Notes under the pieces: model-generated
Told to the model about the DNA's origin: nothing
The model's input: only the letters and a program-made list of their open reading frames with translations
The model's database searches: none
Translations under genes and position numbers: made by a program
Assembly (NCBI GenBank): GCA_021786825.1
Contig: JAJYMS010000134.1
Coordinates: 2,470-66,469 of the forward strand
Source: Bacillota bacterium
GTDB lineage: Bacteria; Bacillota; Sulfobacillia; JAMDAP01; JAJYMS01
Length of the DNA stretch: 64,000 bases
Direction: 5' to 3'
Shown: positions 23,138 to 34,760 of the stretch, piece after piece
How the letters are laid out: each line of letters opens with the position of its first letter
Position numbering within the stretch: the stretch's first letter is position 1

Positions 23138-23344
23138 GTCTCCCGCGTTGCCACCCTTGTTGGTGCGCCTCAGCACAACCCTCTTTGCAGAGCTGTATCG
23201 GGCTCCAGCCGCTCGGGTCTCCCCGGCCCCTCAGGGGTGGATGCGCCTGCGACTTGCACCGGCTTGCACCGACCGCCGGTTCTCTTGGCAGTGGCCCGGG
23301 CGCGCTTCCCGTCATCAGGGGTGCGAAATGATCTATTGTCTGGG

Positions 23345-23374
23345 ATTATAAACGAGAACTCCCTCGGTTGGCAA
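23345..23374 (-). promoter_or_regulatory. candidate promoter of the T-box-controlled operon
   Basis: Minus strand TTGCCA (23369-23374), 18-nt spacer, TATAAT (23345-23350). The -10 element overlaps the pdxT stop codon. Confidence 0.45.
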
Positions 23375-23984
23375 GCCCCTTGTCCACCCGATCCGCCGCC
23401 AGCCGCAAAAAATACTCGTGAATCCGCCGGTCCCCAGTCAGTTCGGGGTGGAAGGCGGTCACCAGGTATTGCCCTTGCCGGGCCATCACGATGCGGTCCT
23501 CGTGGCGGGCCAGGACCTCGACCCCCGGCCCGCCAGAGACCACATAGGGTGCCCTGATGAAGACCCCGCGAAAAGGGGTCGGGCCCAGGACGGGGATGTC
23601 CAAATCCGTCTCGAAGCTCTCGCGCTGCCGGCCGTAGGCGTTACGGTGAGTGACGATATCCATCAGTCCAAGGCGGTACTGCCCGGCGGACCCGTCCGGC
23701 CGCAAGGCCGCCTCGCCGATGACTTCCCTGGCCAAGAGGATCAATCCGGCACAGGTGCCATACACCGGCACCCCGTCGGCAGCCAGAGCCGGAAGGGCCT
23801 GATCGAAACCGTATTGAACCATCAACTGACCGATGGCGGTGCTTTCCCCGCCCGGAATCACCAAGCCCTGAATCCCTTCCAATTGGACGGTCTGGCGCAC
23901 CGGAAAAGCCTCGGCCCCGCAGTCCTGCAGGGCCGAAAGGTGCTCCCGGAAGGCTCCTTGTAAGGCGAGAACCCCGATCTTCAC
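23346..23984 (-). CDS. pdxT: pyridoxal 5'-phosphate synthase glutaminase subunit
   Basis: 212 aa. Motifs are MKIGVLALQGAFREH...LVIPGGESTA...GTCAGLILLA...FHPELT, a class I glutamine amidotransferase triad pattern. Confidence 0.93.
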   Translation of the reverse strand: MKIGVLALQGAFREHLSALQDCGAEAFPVRQTVQLEGIQGLVIPGGESTAIGQLMVQYGFDQALPALAADGVPVYGTCAGLILLAREVIGEAALRPDGSAGQYRLGLMDIVTHRNAYGRQRESFETDLDIPVLGPTPFRGVFIRAPYVVSGGPGVEVLARHEDRIVMARQGQYLVTAFHPELTGDRRIHEYFLRLAADRVDKGLANRGSSRL

Positions 23985-24866
23985 CTACCACCCACGCTCC
24001 TGCATTCGCTGTCCCGGGGCGATGTTGGAGATTTCGACCCCCGGCATCGCCTCGCCCAAATCTTTGGAAACCTCCGCAAGGGTTTCCGGATCGTTGTAGT
24101 GTGTGGTGGCCCGGACGATCGCCCTGGCCCTGGCTTCCGGATGCTTTGATTTGAAGATGCCGGACCCGACGAAGACGCCGTCGGCCCCCAACTGCATCAT
24201 CAAGGCGGCGTCGGCGGGGGTGGCGATCCCTCCCGCGGAGAAATTGACGACCGGCAAGCGACCCTGTTTCTTGACCTCCACGACCAGTTCGTAGGGGGCT
24301 CCCATCTCCTTGGCCAGGGCCATCAACTCGTCTTCCGGCGCGTTGACCACCCGTCGGATATCGTCGTTGATCTGGCGCATGTGCCGGACGGCCTCCACCA
24401 CGTTCCCCGTGCCGGGTTCGCCTTTGGTGCGGATCATCGCCGATCCCTCGCCGATGCGCCGCAGGGCCTCACCCAGGTTGCGGGCGCCGCACACAAAAGG
24501 CACCTTGAAGTTGTGCTTGTTGATGTGGTAGAGTTCGTCGGCCGGAGTGAGCACCTCCGACTCGTCGATATAGTCGACGCCCAGGGCCTCCAAAATCTGG
24601 GCCTCTACAAAATGGCCGATCCGAGCCTTGGCCATCACCGGGATGGTGACTGCCTCCATGATCCGCGAAATCACCGTGGGGTCGGCCATCCGCGCCACGC
24701 CACCGGCGGCCCGGATGTCGGCGGGAACGCGCTCCAGGGCCATTACCGCCACCGCGCCGGCCTTCTCCGCGATGGTGGCCTGCTCCGGCGTGGTGACATC
24801 CATAATTACCCCGCCTTTCAGCATTTCGGCGAGGCCCTTCTTAACACGGAATGTTCCCTGCTCCAC
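23985..24866 (-). CDS. pdxS: pyridoxal 5'-phosphate synthase lyase subunit
   Basis: 293 aa from GTG 24866, with GGAGGA 6 nt upstream (the ORF track extends to 24911). Motifs are [34 protein letters not shown]. Confidence 0.93.
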   Translation of the reverse strand: MEQGTFRVKKGLAEMLKGGVIMDVTTPEQATIAEKAGAVAVMALERVPADIRAAGGVARMADPTVISRIMEAVTIPVMAKARIGHFVEAQILEALGVDYIDESEVLTPADELYHINKHNFKVPFVCGARNLGEALRRIGEGSAMIRTKGEPGTGNVVEAVRHMRQINDDIRRVVNAPEDELMALAKEMGAPYELVVEVKKQGRLPVVNFSAGGIATPADAALMMQLGADGVFVGSGIFKSKHPEARARAIVRATTHYNDPETLAEVSKDLGEAMPGVEISNIAPGQRMQERGW

Positions 24867-24901
24867 TTCGGTTCCTCCACTCCCGACCGTATTTCGTAAA
24901 T

Positions 24902-24930
24902 ATGCTAACACCGCCTGTTGGCAGTGTCAA
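24902..24930 (-). promoter_or_regulatory. candidate pdxST promoter
   Basis: Minus strand TTGACA (24925-24930), 17-nt spacer, TAGCAT (24902-24907). Confidence 0.5.
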
Positions 24931-24936
24931 CGTTCG

Positions 24937-27378
24937 CTAGGCCTCCTCCTCCTTGCTCGCAACCCGGGCCACGGCCATGACCTGGTCCCCCTCGTCCAGA
25001 CGCATCAGGGTGACCCCCTGGGTGTCGCGCCCCAGGCGGGAGACGTCGGTCACCTGCATGCGGATCAGCACCCCGTTGGCCGAGATGATCATCAACTCGT
25101 CCCCTTCCCGGACCATCCTCACCCCGACCAGGGTTCCGGTCCGGCGGGTCAGGTGGATGGTGCGGATTCCCTTGCCCCCGCGTCCCGTGGCCCGGTACTC
25201 CGTCAGGGGCGTTCGCTTGCCAAAACCCTGGTCGGTCACCACCAGCAGGTCGGCCTCCTCATCGACCACCTCCATGGCCACGACCGCGTCGCCGCGGTCC
25301 AGACGCATCCCGATCACGCCCTGTGCGGCCCGGCCCATCGGCCGGACCGTGGCCTCCGAAAAGCGGATGGCCTGGCCATGGGCCGAGACCAGCAGCACCT
25401 CCGACTGGCCGTTGGAGAGGCGCACGCCGATCAGTTCGTCGCCCTCCTCGAGGTTGATGGCGATGAGGCCGGCGGCGCGGATATTGGCGTATTCCTCGAG
25501 CTTCGTCTTCTTGACCGTGCCCCACCGCGTAGCAAAGAAAAGGTGACGATCCGGCTCGGCTTCCCTGACCGCGATAACGGCGGCGACCTTCTCGCCGGTG
25601 CCGAGTTGCAGCAGGTTCACGATGGCCGTGCCCTTGGCCTGGCGGCCCGCTTCAGGGATCTCGTGGGCCTTGAGGCGGTAAAGCTTGCCTCGGTTGGTAA
25701 AAAAGAGGAGGTCGTGGTGAGTGGTCGCGACAAAGAGGTCTTCGACGAAGTCTTCCTCCCGGGTAAGGGTGCCGGTGATGCCGCGGCCGCCCCGCCGCTG
25801 GCTGCGATAGGTATCCAGGGGCAGTCGCTTGACGTACCCGAAGTGAGTGAGGGTAATCACTACCTCCTCCTCCGGGATGAGGTCCTCCACCTCCAACTCG
25901 TTCACCGCGGCGGTAATCCTGGTGCGCCGCTCGTCGGCGAACCGCTGGCGGATATCCAGTAGCTCCTTTTTAATGATCGCGTCAATCATCTTGTCGCTGG
26001 CCAGCACCGCCCGCAGGTACTCGATCTGCTTGAGCAGTTCGGCGTACTCTTCCTCGATCTTTTCCCGCTCGAGCCCGGTGAGCCGATGCAGTCGCATGTC
26101 CAGAATCGCCTGGGCCTGTTTCTCACTGAGGCCGAAGCGCTGCTGCAAGCCGGCCCGCGCCTCGTCGACGGTGCGGGAGGCGCGGATCAGGTTGATCACC
26201 TCGTCGAGACGGTCCAGCGCGATGCGCAGGCCCAAGAGGATGTGGGCCCGCGCCTCGGCGCGGTCCAGTTCAAATTGGGTCCGCCGGGTGATGACGTCCC
26301 GTTGGTGGAACAGGTAGTAATGAACCATCTCTTGCAGGGACAAGACGCGGGGTTTGCTGTCGACCAGGGCAAGCATGATCACGCCGAAGGTTTGCTGCAG
26401 GGGAGTGTACTTGTAAAGGCGGTTGAGGACCACGTTGGCGTTGGCATCCCGGCGCAGTTCGAGGACGATGCGAAGGCCGGTCCGATCGGACTCGTCGCGC
26501 AGGTCGGTGACGCCTTCGACCTTCTTGTCCCGGACTAGTTCGGCGATTCGTTCGATCAGCTTGGCCTTGTTGACCTGGTAGGGAATCTCGCTGATCAGGA
26601 TCCGTTCCTTGCCGCCCGCGCCGGTCTCGATCCGGGCCACTCCGCGCATCCGGACGGTGCCGCGGCCGGTCTCATAAGCCTCCTTGATGCCGTCCTTGCC
26701 CATGATCAGGCCGCCGGTCGGGAAGTCGGGGCCCTTGATGGCCTGCATCAGCTCCCGGGTGGTGACCGCGGGCCGTTCGATCATCATGACGATTCCGTCG
26801 ATCACCTCCCCCAGGTTGTGGGGAGGGATGTTGGTGGCCATCCCGACGGCGATGCCCGCCGAGCCATTGACCAGAAGGTTGGGAAAGCGCGAGGGAAGAA
26901 CCTTCGGCTCCTCTTCCTTGTCATCGAAGTTGGGCTGAAAGTCGACCGTGTCCTTGTCCAGGTCGGTCAACATTTCCACCGCCAGCCGGGAGAGGCGCGC
27001 TTCCGTATAGCGCATCGCCGCCGGCGGGTCGCCGTCGATGGACCCGAAGTTGCCGTGACCGTCCACCAGGAGGTAACGAATGGCGAAGTCCTGGGCCATC
27101 CGGACGAGGGCGTCATAAACCGCCGTGTCGCCGTGGGGGTGGTACTTGCCCAGAACGTCGCCGACGGTGCGCGCCGACTTCTTGTGGGGCTTATCGGGGG
27201 TGTTGCCCGCCTCGTGCATGGCGTAGAGGATCCGGCGGTGGACCGGTTTGAGGCCGTCTCTCACGTCGGGCAAGGCGCGGCTGACAATCACCGACATCGC
27301 GTAGTCGATGTAAGAGCGCTTCATCTCCTCCTGGATGTCGATCGGCACAATCCTTCCGGTTTCGTCGGGCATGCTCAA
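24937..27378 (-). CDS. gyrA: DNA gyrase subunit A
   Basis: 813 aa. Motifs are ...[29 protein letters not shown]...HPHGD.A.YDA. C-terminal beta-pinwheel repeats are present. Confidence 0.97.
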   Translation of the reverse strand: MSMPDETGRIVPIDIQEEMKRSYIDYAMSVIVSRALPDVRDGLKPVHRRILYAMHEAGNTPDKPHKKSARTVGDVLGKYHPHGDTAVYDALVRMAQDFAIRYLLVDGHGNFGSIDGDPPAAMRYTEARLSRLAVEMLTDLDKDTVDFQPNFDDKEEEPKVLPSRFPNLLVNGSAGIAVGMATNIPPHNLGEVIDGIVMMIERPAVTTRELMQAIKGPDFPTGGLIMGKDGIKEAYETGRGTVRMRGVARIETGAGGKERILISEIPYQVNKAKLIERIAELVRDKKVEGVTDLRDESDRTGLRIVLELRRDANANVVLNRLYKYTPLQQTFGVIMLALVDSKPRVLSLQEMVHYYLFHQRDVITRRTQFELDRAEARAHILLGLRIALDRLDEVINLIRASRTVDEARAGLQQRFGLSEKQAQAILDMRLHRLTGLEREKIEEEYAELLKQIEYLRAVLASDKMIDAIIKKELLDIRQRFADERRTRITAAVNELEVEDLIPEEEVVITLTHFGYVKRLPLDTYRSQRRGGRGITGTLTREEDFVEDLFVATTHHDLLFFTNRGKLYRLKAHEIPEAGRQAKGTAIVNLLQLGTGEKVAAVIAVREAEPDRHLFFATRWGTVKKTKLEEYANIRAAGLIAINLEEGDELIGVRLSNGQSEVLLVSAHGQAIRFSEATVRPMGRAAQGVIGMRLDRGDAVVAMEVVDEEADLLVVTDQGFGKRTPLTEYRATGRGGKGIRTIHLTRRTGTLVGVRMVREGDELMIISANGVLIRMQVTDVSRLGRDTQGVTLMRLDEGDQVMAVARVASKEEEA

Positions 27379-27388
27379 CCTCCGCTGC

Positions 27389-29362
<1,974 letters not shown>

Positions 29363-29614
29363 CTACGTCAAGTGGCAGGCCCGGCGCTTCAGTGCCCCGG
29401 GGGAAATGGGGGAAAGGAAAACGCGCTCCCGCATTACCACCAGCGCCTTGGGCTGGCCCCCGGCCAGGTCCGCGACCTGGTCGTGTTGGCGGGCGCGATT
29501 GAGGAATTCCTTGGTGGCTCCCGCCTGGGTCACACGGGTGTGGAAGATGCCGACCAGTTCCTTCCGGCGGACGATGGTATCCCCGCCCAGATGTACATAC
29601 ACCCCAAGCCTCAC
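29363..29614 (-). CDS. remB: DUF370 family protein (RemB/YaaB-like)
   Basis: 83 aa. It occupies the conserved recF-remB-gyrB position of Firmicutes. The sequence reads ...VHLGGDTIVRRKELVGIF.... Confidence 0.8.
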   Translation of the reverse strand: MRLGVYVHLGGDTIVRRKELVGIFHTRVTQAGATKEFLNRARQHDQVADLAGGQPKALVVMRERVFLSPISPGALKRRACHLT

Positions 29615-29620
29615 CTCCGG

Positions 29621-30745
29621 CTAATTGTTCCCTGGCGGCATCTCAAAGAGTCGGCCGGCCTGGACGCCGAACACGTTTGCCCCCCTCAGCCAGCCCGGGT
29701 CGAGGTCTGTCGTTTCGGTGGCAGTCATAAAGAGCTGGGCGGCGCTGGGCACAACCTGGAGCAAAAACCTGCGTCGCTCTAGGTCCAGCTCGGACGTGAC
29801 GTCATCCAACAAAAGCACGGGGGGTTCGCCCGATACCCGGGTAATGTAATGCAGCTCTGCCAGTTTGAGGGCCAGGACCGCGCTGCGCTGCTGGCCCTGG
29901 GAGGCGTAGAGGCGGGCGTCGCGGCCGTTCAGGTGGAGGGCGATGTCGTCGCGATGCGGGCCGACGAGGGTCGTCCGGCGGGCGAGGTCCTGGCGCCGCC
30001 GACGCAGCAACTCCGCCGCGAGGTGGCGGGCCGCGGCTCCCTCCTCGGCGGCGGGCTGCCAGCCGGGCAGGCCCGGCTGGTAGGAGACCTGAAGCTCCTC
30101 CCGCCCGGAGGTGACCTCGCGATGGTAATGCACCGCCTGTTCCCGGAGAGCCTCCACGGCGTCCGCCCGCCGCGCAAGCAACTGCGCCCCGTGTTGGGCT
30201 AGCTGTTCGTCCCAGACCTCCAACTCCCCGGCCGTCGGGGCAGGCTCCCTTCGCAGCAGAGCGTTGCGGTGCGACAAGGAGCGTGTATATTCCTGGAGGT
30301 GGTGCAAGTAGGGGCGGCTCGTCTGGCCGAGCTGGAGGTCTAGGAAGCGGCGGCGGAGTTGGGGCGACCCTTTGAGGAGTTGAAGGTCTTCGGGGCTGAA
30401 GAGGACCGCCTTGAGCTGCCCGACAAAATCAAGCAGGCGATTCTGAGCTGCGCCGTTAAGGCGGGCGCGTTTGCGCCGTTCCTGCAATTGCAACTCGACC
30501 GTGGAGGGACCGGCGGCCCGCTGGAGCACCGCCCGGGCGACCAGGCTTTCCTGCCCCCAGGTGATCAGTTCCTGGTCATGGCTGGTCCGGTGGGAACGGG
30601 TAGTGGCCAAAAAGAAGAGGGCCTCCAGGATGTTGGTCTTGCCCTCTGCGTTCCGGCCGACGAAGAGATTGGGGCCAGCGGCAAAGCGGACCTCGAGACG
30701 CGGGTAGTTGCGGAAGTTGTACAGGTGCAGGCTGGTGACGCGCAA
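29621..30745 (-). CDS. recF: DNA replication and repair protein RecF
   Basis: 374 aa. It has the Walker A motif GRNAEGKTNILEA and an SMC-type signature ...SQGQQRS..LALKLAE....LLLDDV.SELD. Confidence 0.95.
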   Translation of the reverse strand: MRVTSLHLYNFRNYPRLEVRFAAGPNLFVGRNAEGKTNILEALFFLATTRSHRTSHDQELITWGQESLVARAVLQRAAGPSTVELQLQERRKRARLNGAAQNRLLDFVGQLKAVLFSPEDLQLLKGSPQLRRRFLDLQLGQTSRPYLHHLQEYTRSLSHRNALLRREPAPTAGELEVWDEQLAQHGAQLLARRADAVEALREQAVHYHREVTSGREELQVSYQPGLPGWQPAAEEGAAARHLAAELLRRRRQDLARRTTLVGPHRDDIALHLNGRDARLYASQGQQRSAVLALKLAELHYITRVSGEPPVLLLDDVTSELDLERRRFLLQVVPSAAQLFMTATETTDLDPGWLRGANVFGVQAGRLFEMPPGNN

Positions 30746-30756
30746 GGCGCAGGCTC

Positions 30757-31869
30757 CTACCAGATTACGATCGGCAAGACGACGTAGAAGAAGTCCTCCT
30801 TCCCGGCCGGCCTCATCCGGCTGGCGGTGCGGCTGCCGGAGAATTCGAAGACCAGCTCGTCGGCGTCGATGACCTTCAGGCCATCCGCCAGAAAGCGGGG
30901 GTTGAGCCCGATTTCCAGCGGGCTTCCCTCCAGGGCGGCGGCGAGCTCCTCGTAGACCTGGCCAACCTCCGGGGTATTGGAGGTTATGACCGCCCCCCCC
31001 TCGCTCAGGGAGAGCTTGATGGCGTTGGAGCCTTCCCGGGCGATCAGGGACGCCCGCTCACAGGCATCGTGGAAGGCCGGGACGCTGAGGCGCATCGTCG
31101 TTTCGTATTGCTTGGGGACGAGGCGCAGGACATCGGGGTACTGTCCCTCCAGCAGCCGGGAGGCCAGGGTTACGCCGTCGAGGTCGAAGAAAATCTGGTT
31201 CGGGGCCAGGTGCACGGTCACCGGTGAGGCCTCGGCGCTGGTGAGCAGCCGGAGGAGTTCATTGAGACAGCGGGCTGGGATGACGAGCCGTTGCCCCGCC
31301 TGGTCCGGAATCTCGGGGAGCGACTGCCGGCGGAAGGCGATCCGCACACCGTCGGTGGCGACGACCTCCAGCAAGCCCGGCTGGATCGAAACGCACGCGC
31401 CCGTCAGAATCGGCCGGGTTTCGTCGTGAGAAGCGGCGAAGATGGTCTGGCGGATGAGGTTGCGCAGTTCGCCCTGGCCCAGGTGAAAGGTTGTGTCCCC
31501 GGCGGGATCGAGAAGTTGGGGAAATTGCTCTGCTGCCTGTCCGTGGATGGTGTAGTGGGACCTTTCCCAGAAGAAGGTGGCCGTGTAGTTGCTGGCGTCG
31601 ACCTCCACGCGCACCGGTCCATCGGGGAGGCGGCGAATGATTTCGGTAAGGTAACGCGCCGGGAGGACGATCTGGCCTTCTTCTTCAATCTGAGCGGGCA
31701 GGACCACCTGGAGCGCCACCTCCAAGTCGGTAGCCGCCACCTGGAGTCGATTCCTGTCCGTCTTTAGGAGGATGCCGGACAAGATCGGCAGCGTGTTTCG
31801 ACTGGATACGGCACGGGCGGCGATGCTTAGGCTCTGGGAGAGGTCCGACTGGGCCGCGGTAAACTTCAT
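30757..31869 (-). CDS. dnaN: DNA polymerase III beta sliding clamp
   Basis: 370 aa. It starts MKFT......L...L......V..RNTLPILSGILL... and lies between dnaA and recF. Confidence 0.95.
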   Translation of the reverse strand: MKFTAAQSDLSQSLSIAARAVSSRNTLPILSGILLKTDRNRLQVAATDLEVALQVVLPAQIEEEGQIVLPARYLTEIIRRLPDGPVRVEVDASNYTATFFWERSHYTIHGQAAEQFPQLLDPAGDTTFHLGQGELRNLIRQTIFAASHDETRPILTGACVSIQPGLLEVVATDGVRIAFRRQSLPEIPDQAGQRLVIPARCLNELLRLLTSAEASPVTVHLAPNQIFFDLDGVTLASRLLEGQYPDVLRLVPKQYETTMRLSVPAFHDACERASLIAREGSNAIKLSLSEGGAVITSNTPEVGQVYEELAAALEGSPLEIGLNPRFLADGLKVIDADELVFEFSGSRTASRMRPAGKEDFFYVVLPIVIW

Positions 31870-32135
31870 CGGTTGAGGACTCCTCCTTCAGGGTGGCTGG
31901 GAGAGAGATTCAAAATGGGGGGTGTTTTCTCCTGCAGCAAGTAAGGGGGCAAGTAGTAATAGAAATAGGGCCTGTGAATTTGTGGGTAAGGGGGAAAGAA
32001 TGAGGCGGGGCGTGGGTCTGAGCGGTGGATGGGGTTGTGGATAGAAAGGGTGGTAACGGGGAGAAAAGGTGTCGAAGGGTGGAGAAATAGATACCCCCAG
32101 GTTGTCAACAGGTTGTCCCCGGAGTTTTGCACAGC
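31870..32135. other. oriC part II (dnaA-dnaN intergenic region): degenerate DnaA boxes plus a short AT-rich stretch
   Basis: TGTGGGTAA (31981-31989) and TGTGGATAG (32036-32044) each differ by 1 mismatch from TGTGGATAA. TTGTCAACA lies at 32102-32110. The AT-rich stretch AAGTAGTAATAGAAATAG lies at 31951-31968. Confidence 0.55.
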
Positions 32136-33488
32136 TTAGCCGGAGCGGATCCGGGAGGTCAGGTGCTGGACGGTGAGGGCGAGGTCCTGATCCTGGGAGA
32201 TGTCAGCGGAGATCTTATCCCAGGCGTGGAGGACGGTGGTGTGGTCGCGACCGCCGAACTCCTCGCCGATACGGGGCAGGGAGGCATCGGTCAGTTCACG
32301 GGCGAGGAACATGGCGACCTGGCGGGGAAACGCCAGGGCCCGGGTCCGCTTGCGGACTTTGAAGTCTTCCTGTTGAAGTCCATAGTGCTCAGCCACGATG
32401 CGCTGAATCAGATCAATCGTGATGGGGCGCGGGCGCGCGTCGGGGAGGATGTCTTTGAGGGCCAGTTGAGCGGTGTCGATGTCGAGGGGGAGATGATGGA
32501 AGGTGGCGTGGGCGACGACGCGGTTGAGGGCCCCCTCAAGTTCGCGGATGTTGGTCTCGATGTTGGCGGCGATATAGGCGAGCACCGCGTCGTCCACGGA
32601 AAGGCGGTCGGTGGTGCACTTTTTGCGAAGGATGGCGATGCGGGTCTCCAGGTCGGGGGGCTGGATGTCGCAGATCAGGCCCCACTCAAAGCGGGAGCGG
32701 AGGCGCTCCTCGAGGGTAGGGATCTCCTTGGGAGGGCGGTCGCTGGAGATGATGATCTGTTTGGACGCCTCGTGGATGGCGTTGAAGGTATGGTAAAACT
32801 CCTCCTGGGTGCGCTCCTTGCCGGCGAGGAACTGAATATCGTCGATCATCAGGACGTGAACGTTGCGGTAGCGGTTCTGAAACTCGACCGTCTTGTTGTC
32901 GCGGAGGCAATTGATGAACTCGTTGGTGAAGGTTTCGGAGGAGACGTAAGCGACGCGGGCGGTGGGGTTGTGGGCGAGGACAAAATGGCCGATGGCGTGC
33001 ATCAGGTGGGTCTTGCCAAGACCGACCCCGCCGTAAATAAAGAGGGGGTTGTAGGCGCGGGCGGGACTCTCGGCGACCGCCAGGGAGGCGGCGTGGGCCA
33101 TCCGGTTGGAGCTGCCGACGACGAAGGACTCAAAGGTGTACTTCGGGTTAAGGGGCTTGAATAGGGCATCGGCGGGAGAGGTTGGCTGCAGGGTGCTGGT
33201 GGCGGCGACTTCGTCGAGGTAGGGCCGCTCAGGCAAGCGCGGCGGGAGGACGAAGTCGAGCTTGACGTCGCGGTGAGTGACGGTCCGGAAGACCTGCTGG
33301 ATCAAGCCCTGGTAGTGGCTCTCCAGGCGGGCGCGGGCGAGGTCGTTGGGGGCGGCGATGACGAGGGTGTCCTCGTAGAAAGCGACCGGGCGCGCAGGCT
33401 TCACCCACGTCTCGAAGCTGGGCTTCGGGATGGCGCGCTCGAGGTGTTCGAGGGCCTGCAGCCAGAGGGTTGACAGGTCAGTGCTCAT
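32136..33488 (-). CDS. dnaA: chromosomal replication initiator protein DnaA
   Basis: 450 aa from ATG 33488 ([16 protein letters not shown]...). The ORF track extends to 33626 through the DnaA boxes. It has the AAA+ Walker A motif [15 protein letters not shown] and a C-terminal DNA-binding HTH. Confidence 0.95.
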   Translation of the reverse strand: MSTDLSTLWLQALEHLERAIPKPSFETWVKPARPVAFYEDTLVIAAPNDLARARLESHYQGLIQQVFRTVTHRDVKLDFVLPPRLPERPYLDEVAATSTLQPTSPADALFKPLNPKYTFESFVVGSSNRMAHAASLAVAESPARAYNPLFIYGGVGLGKTHLMHAIGHFVLAHNPTARVAYVSSETFTNEFINCLRDNKTVEFQNRYRNVHVLMIDDIQFLAGKERTQEEFYHTFNAIHEASKQIIISSDRPPKEIPTLEERLRSRFEWGLICDIQPPDLETRIAILRKKCTTDRLSVDDAVLAYIAANIETNIRELEGALNRVVAHATFHHLPLDIDTAQLALKDILPDARPRPITIDLIQRIVAEHYGLQQEDFKVRKRTRALAFPRQVAMFLARELTDASLPRIGEEFGGRDHTTVLHAWDKISADISQDQDLALTVQHLTSRIRSG

Positions 33489-33876
33489 TTGGTCGGTCGC
33501 GGCCTCCTCCCTGGTTGTCCACAGGAAAAGTAGATGTGTGGATAAGCTGTGGGTAACGTTGGTGGGAGCGGGAAGGCGAAGGGGAGACGAATTTGCCGCG
33601 AGCTGGTGACTATTCGGCGCGAGCATAAACCCTGTGGAGGGAGGGGGGGTGAGGTGGAGAAGAGATCGCGGGCCGACTAGGCGGGGGACGGAAAGGGGTG
33701 GGGGAATCAGGTCGAGTTATAATCTGCAAACAAATTGTACACAGGAGTATCCACAAGGTGTGGATAAGACAAGCCAAGCCGCCCGCGGCGGCTATAGCTT
33801 CCGGTTTATGATAGCAAATCCTGGGGGGTTTATCAACAGGGTTAAGGAGGATCCAACGGGAGGACAGGAGAATTCC
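33489..33876. other. oriC part I (upstream of dnaA): DnaA-box cluster
   Basis: Perfect TGTGGATAA boxes lie at 33537-33545 and 33759-33767. One-mismatch boxes are TTGTCCACA (33515-33523), TGTGGGTAA (33548-33556) and GTATCCACA (33747-33755). The coding-strand switch occurs here. Confidence 0.75.
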
Positions 33877-33906
33877 TTGACAGTGAAAGTTGGGCTTGGA
33901 TATAAT
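33877..33906 (+). promoter_or_regulatory. rpmH promoter
   Basis: TTGACA (33877-33882), 18-nt spacer, TATAAT (33901-33906). Confidence 0.6.
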
Positions 33907-33942
33907 CGGGTGTGACTCTTTCGGAAACGGGGAGATGTAGGT

Positions 33943-34077
33943 TTGAAACGCACGTACCAACCGAAGGTGAGGAAACGCCAGCGCGTTCACGGCTTTTTAC
34001 GGCGGATGGGAACGCGAGGCGGGAGGAGAGTCCTGAAAGCCCGCCGGCTAAAGGGAAGAAAACACCTCTCTGCCTAG
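33943..34077 (+). CDS. rpmH: 50S ribosomal protein L34 (below the ORF-track length cut-off)
   Basis: TTG start. The translation is [44 protein letters not shown] (44 aa), the canonical L34 sequence. Confidence 0.9.
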   Translation: MKRTYQPKVRKRQRVHGFLRRMGTRGGRRVLKARRLKGRKHLSA

Positions 34078-34101
34078 GCCGCGGATCCGTGGCCTTTTTC
34101 T

Positions 34102-34482
34102 TTGTGTGGGGTGGGAACTGCGAAGAGGTCTGGGCGTCTGCGCCGCAAGAGCGAGTTTGACAGGGTCTTCGAGGAGGGTGCGTCCTTGGTAGGGCGGTTG
34201 GTCGTGGTGCGACTGCGGCTGGCCGAGGCAGAGACGCCCCGGGTCGGTTTTGTGGTTTCGCGCAAGATGGGGAAGGCGGTGCGGCGCAATCGGTTGCGGC
34301 GGCGTTGCCGGGAGGCGCTGCGCCGGCTGGAAGGGGAATTGCGAGGAGGGCTTGAGTTGGTGCTGATCCCACGGTCGGCGGCCGACTCGTGCGACTTTGG
34401 ACAGTTGTTGAGCGAGTTGCGGGACTTGCTTCGGCGAGGCGGAGGGCTGCGGGAGGAGGGCGGCGGTGGGGACGCTGGGTAG
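34102..34482 (+). CDS. rnpA: ribonuclease P protein component
   Basis: About 125 aa. The sequence [26 protein letters not shown]...[26 protein letters not shown] is the RnpA RNR motif. The start (TTG 34102 or GTG 34111) is uncertain. Confidence 0.88.
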   Translation: MCGVGTAKRSGRLRRKSEFDRVFEEGASLVGRLVVVRLRLAEAETPRVGFVVSRKMGKAVRRNRLRRRCREALRRLEGELRGGLELVLIPRSAADSCDFGQLLSELRDLLRRGGGLREEGGGGDAG

Positions 34483-34696
34483 GCTGCTCGCGCGCCTGAT
34501 GGAAGGTGGAATCCTGTTTTATCGACGCGTGTTGTCACCCTTGAAGGGGCCGACCTGCCGGTACTACCCGACTTGCTCCGAGTACGCCCTGGAGGCGGTC
34601 CGGCGGCACGGACCGGGGAAGGGGGCGTTCCTTGCCATTTGGCGGGTTTTGCGCTGTCACCCCTTCCACGCCGGGGGTTATGACCCCGTGCCTTAA
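34466..34696 (+). CDS. yidD: membrane protein insertion efficiency factor YidD
   Basis: 76 aa. The motif is [58 protein letters not shown]. Confidence 0.87.
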   Translation: MGTLGRLLARLMEGGILFYRRVLSPLKGPTCRYYPTCSEYALEAVRRHGPGKGAFLAIWRVLRCHPFHAGGYDPVP

Positions 34697-34760
34697 GCCG
34701 GTATAGGCAGGGCCCGGGTGAGGGCATGGTAGGGAGTGGAGGAAAAAGGAGGGCAGGTTC

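Larger units (their letters stand above)
22952..23337 (-). promoter_or_regulatory. T-box leader (probably Ser-specific) with two tandem antiterminator/terminator modules
   Basis: The minus strand carries two motifs. One is AAGGGUGGCAACGCGGGAG-ACGG-CUCCCGUCCCU (23125-23157). The other is GGGGUGGCACCGCGGAAGC...GCUUUCGCCCCC (23036-23076). Both fold as the canonical helix A1 / 7-nt UGGC bulge / helix A2. UGGC is complementary to the GCCA end of the tRNA-Ser in this window. A GAUGA K-turn-like element and an AAGAGAA element lie in the 5' part. Confidence 0.72.

Noticed and set aside
22908-23315. 135-aa minus-strand ORF upstream of the aminotransferase gene.
   Set aside because: It coincides with the T-box leader (conserved T-box sequences and terminator hairpins). 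Its translation is Pro/Gly/Arg-rich.
33721-33740. CTGCAAAC near the host DnaA boxes, which resembles the element's att-arm motif.
   Set aside because: Only an 8-nt half-match without the palindromic partner. It is most likely chance.
33489-33990. N-terminal extension of dnaA (to 33626) and ORF 33610-33990(-).
   Set aside because: Both run through the DnaA-box cluster. The canonical DnaA N-terminus ([14 protein letters not shown]...) starts at 33488.
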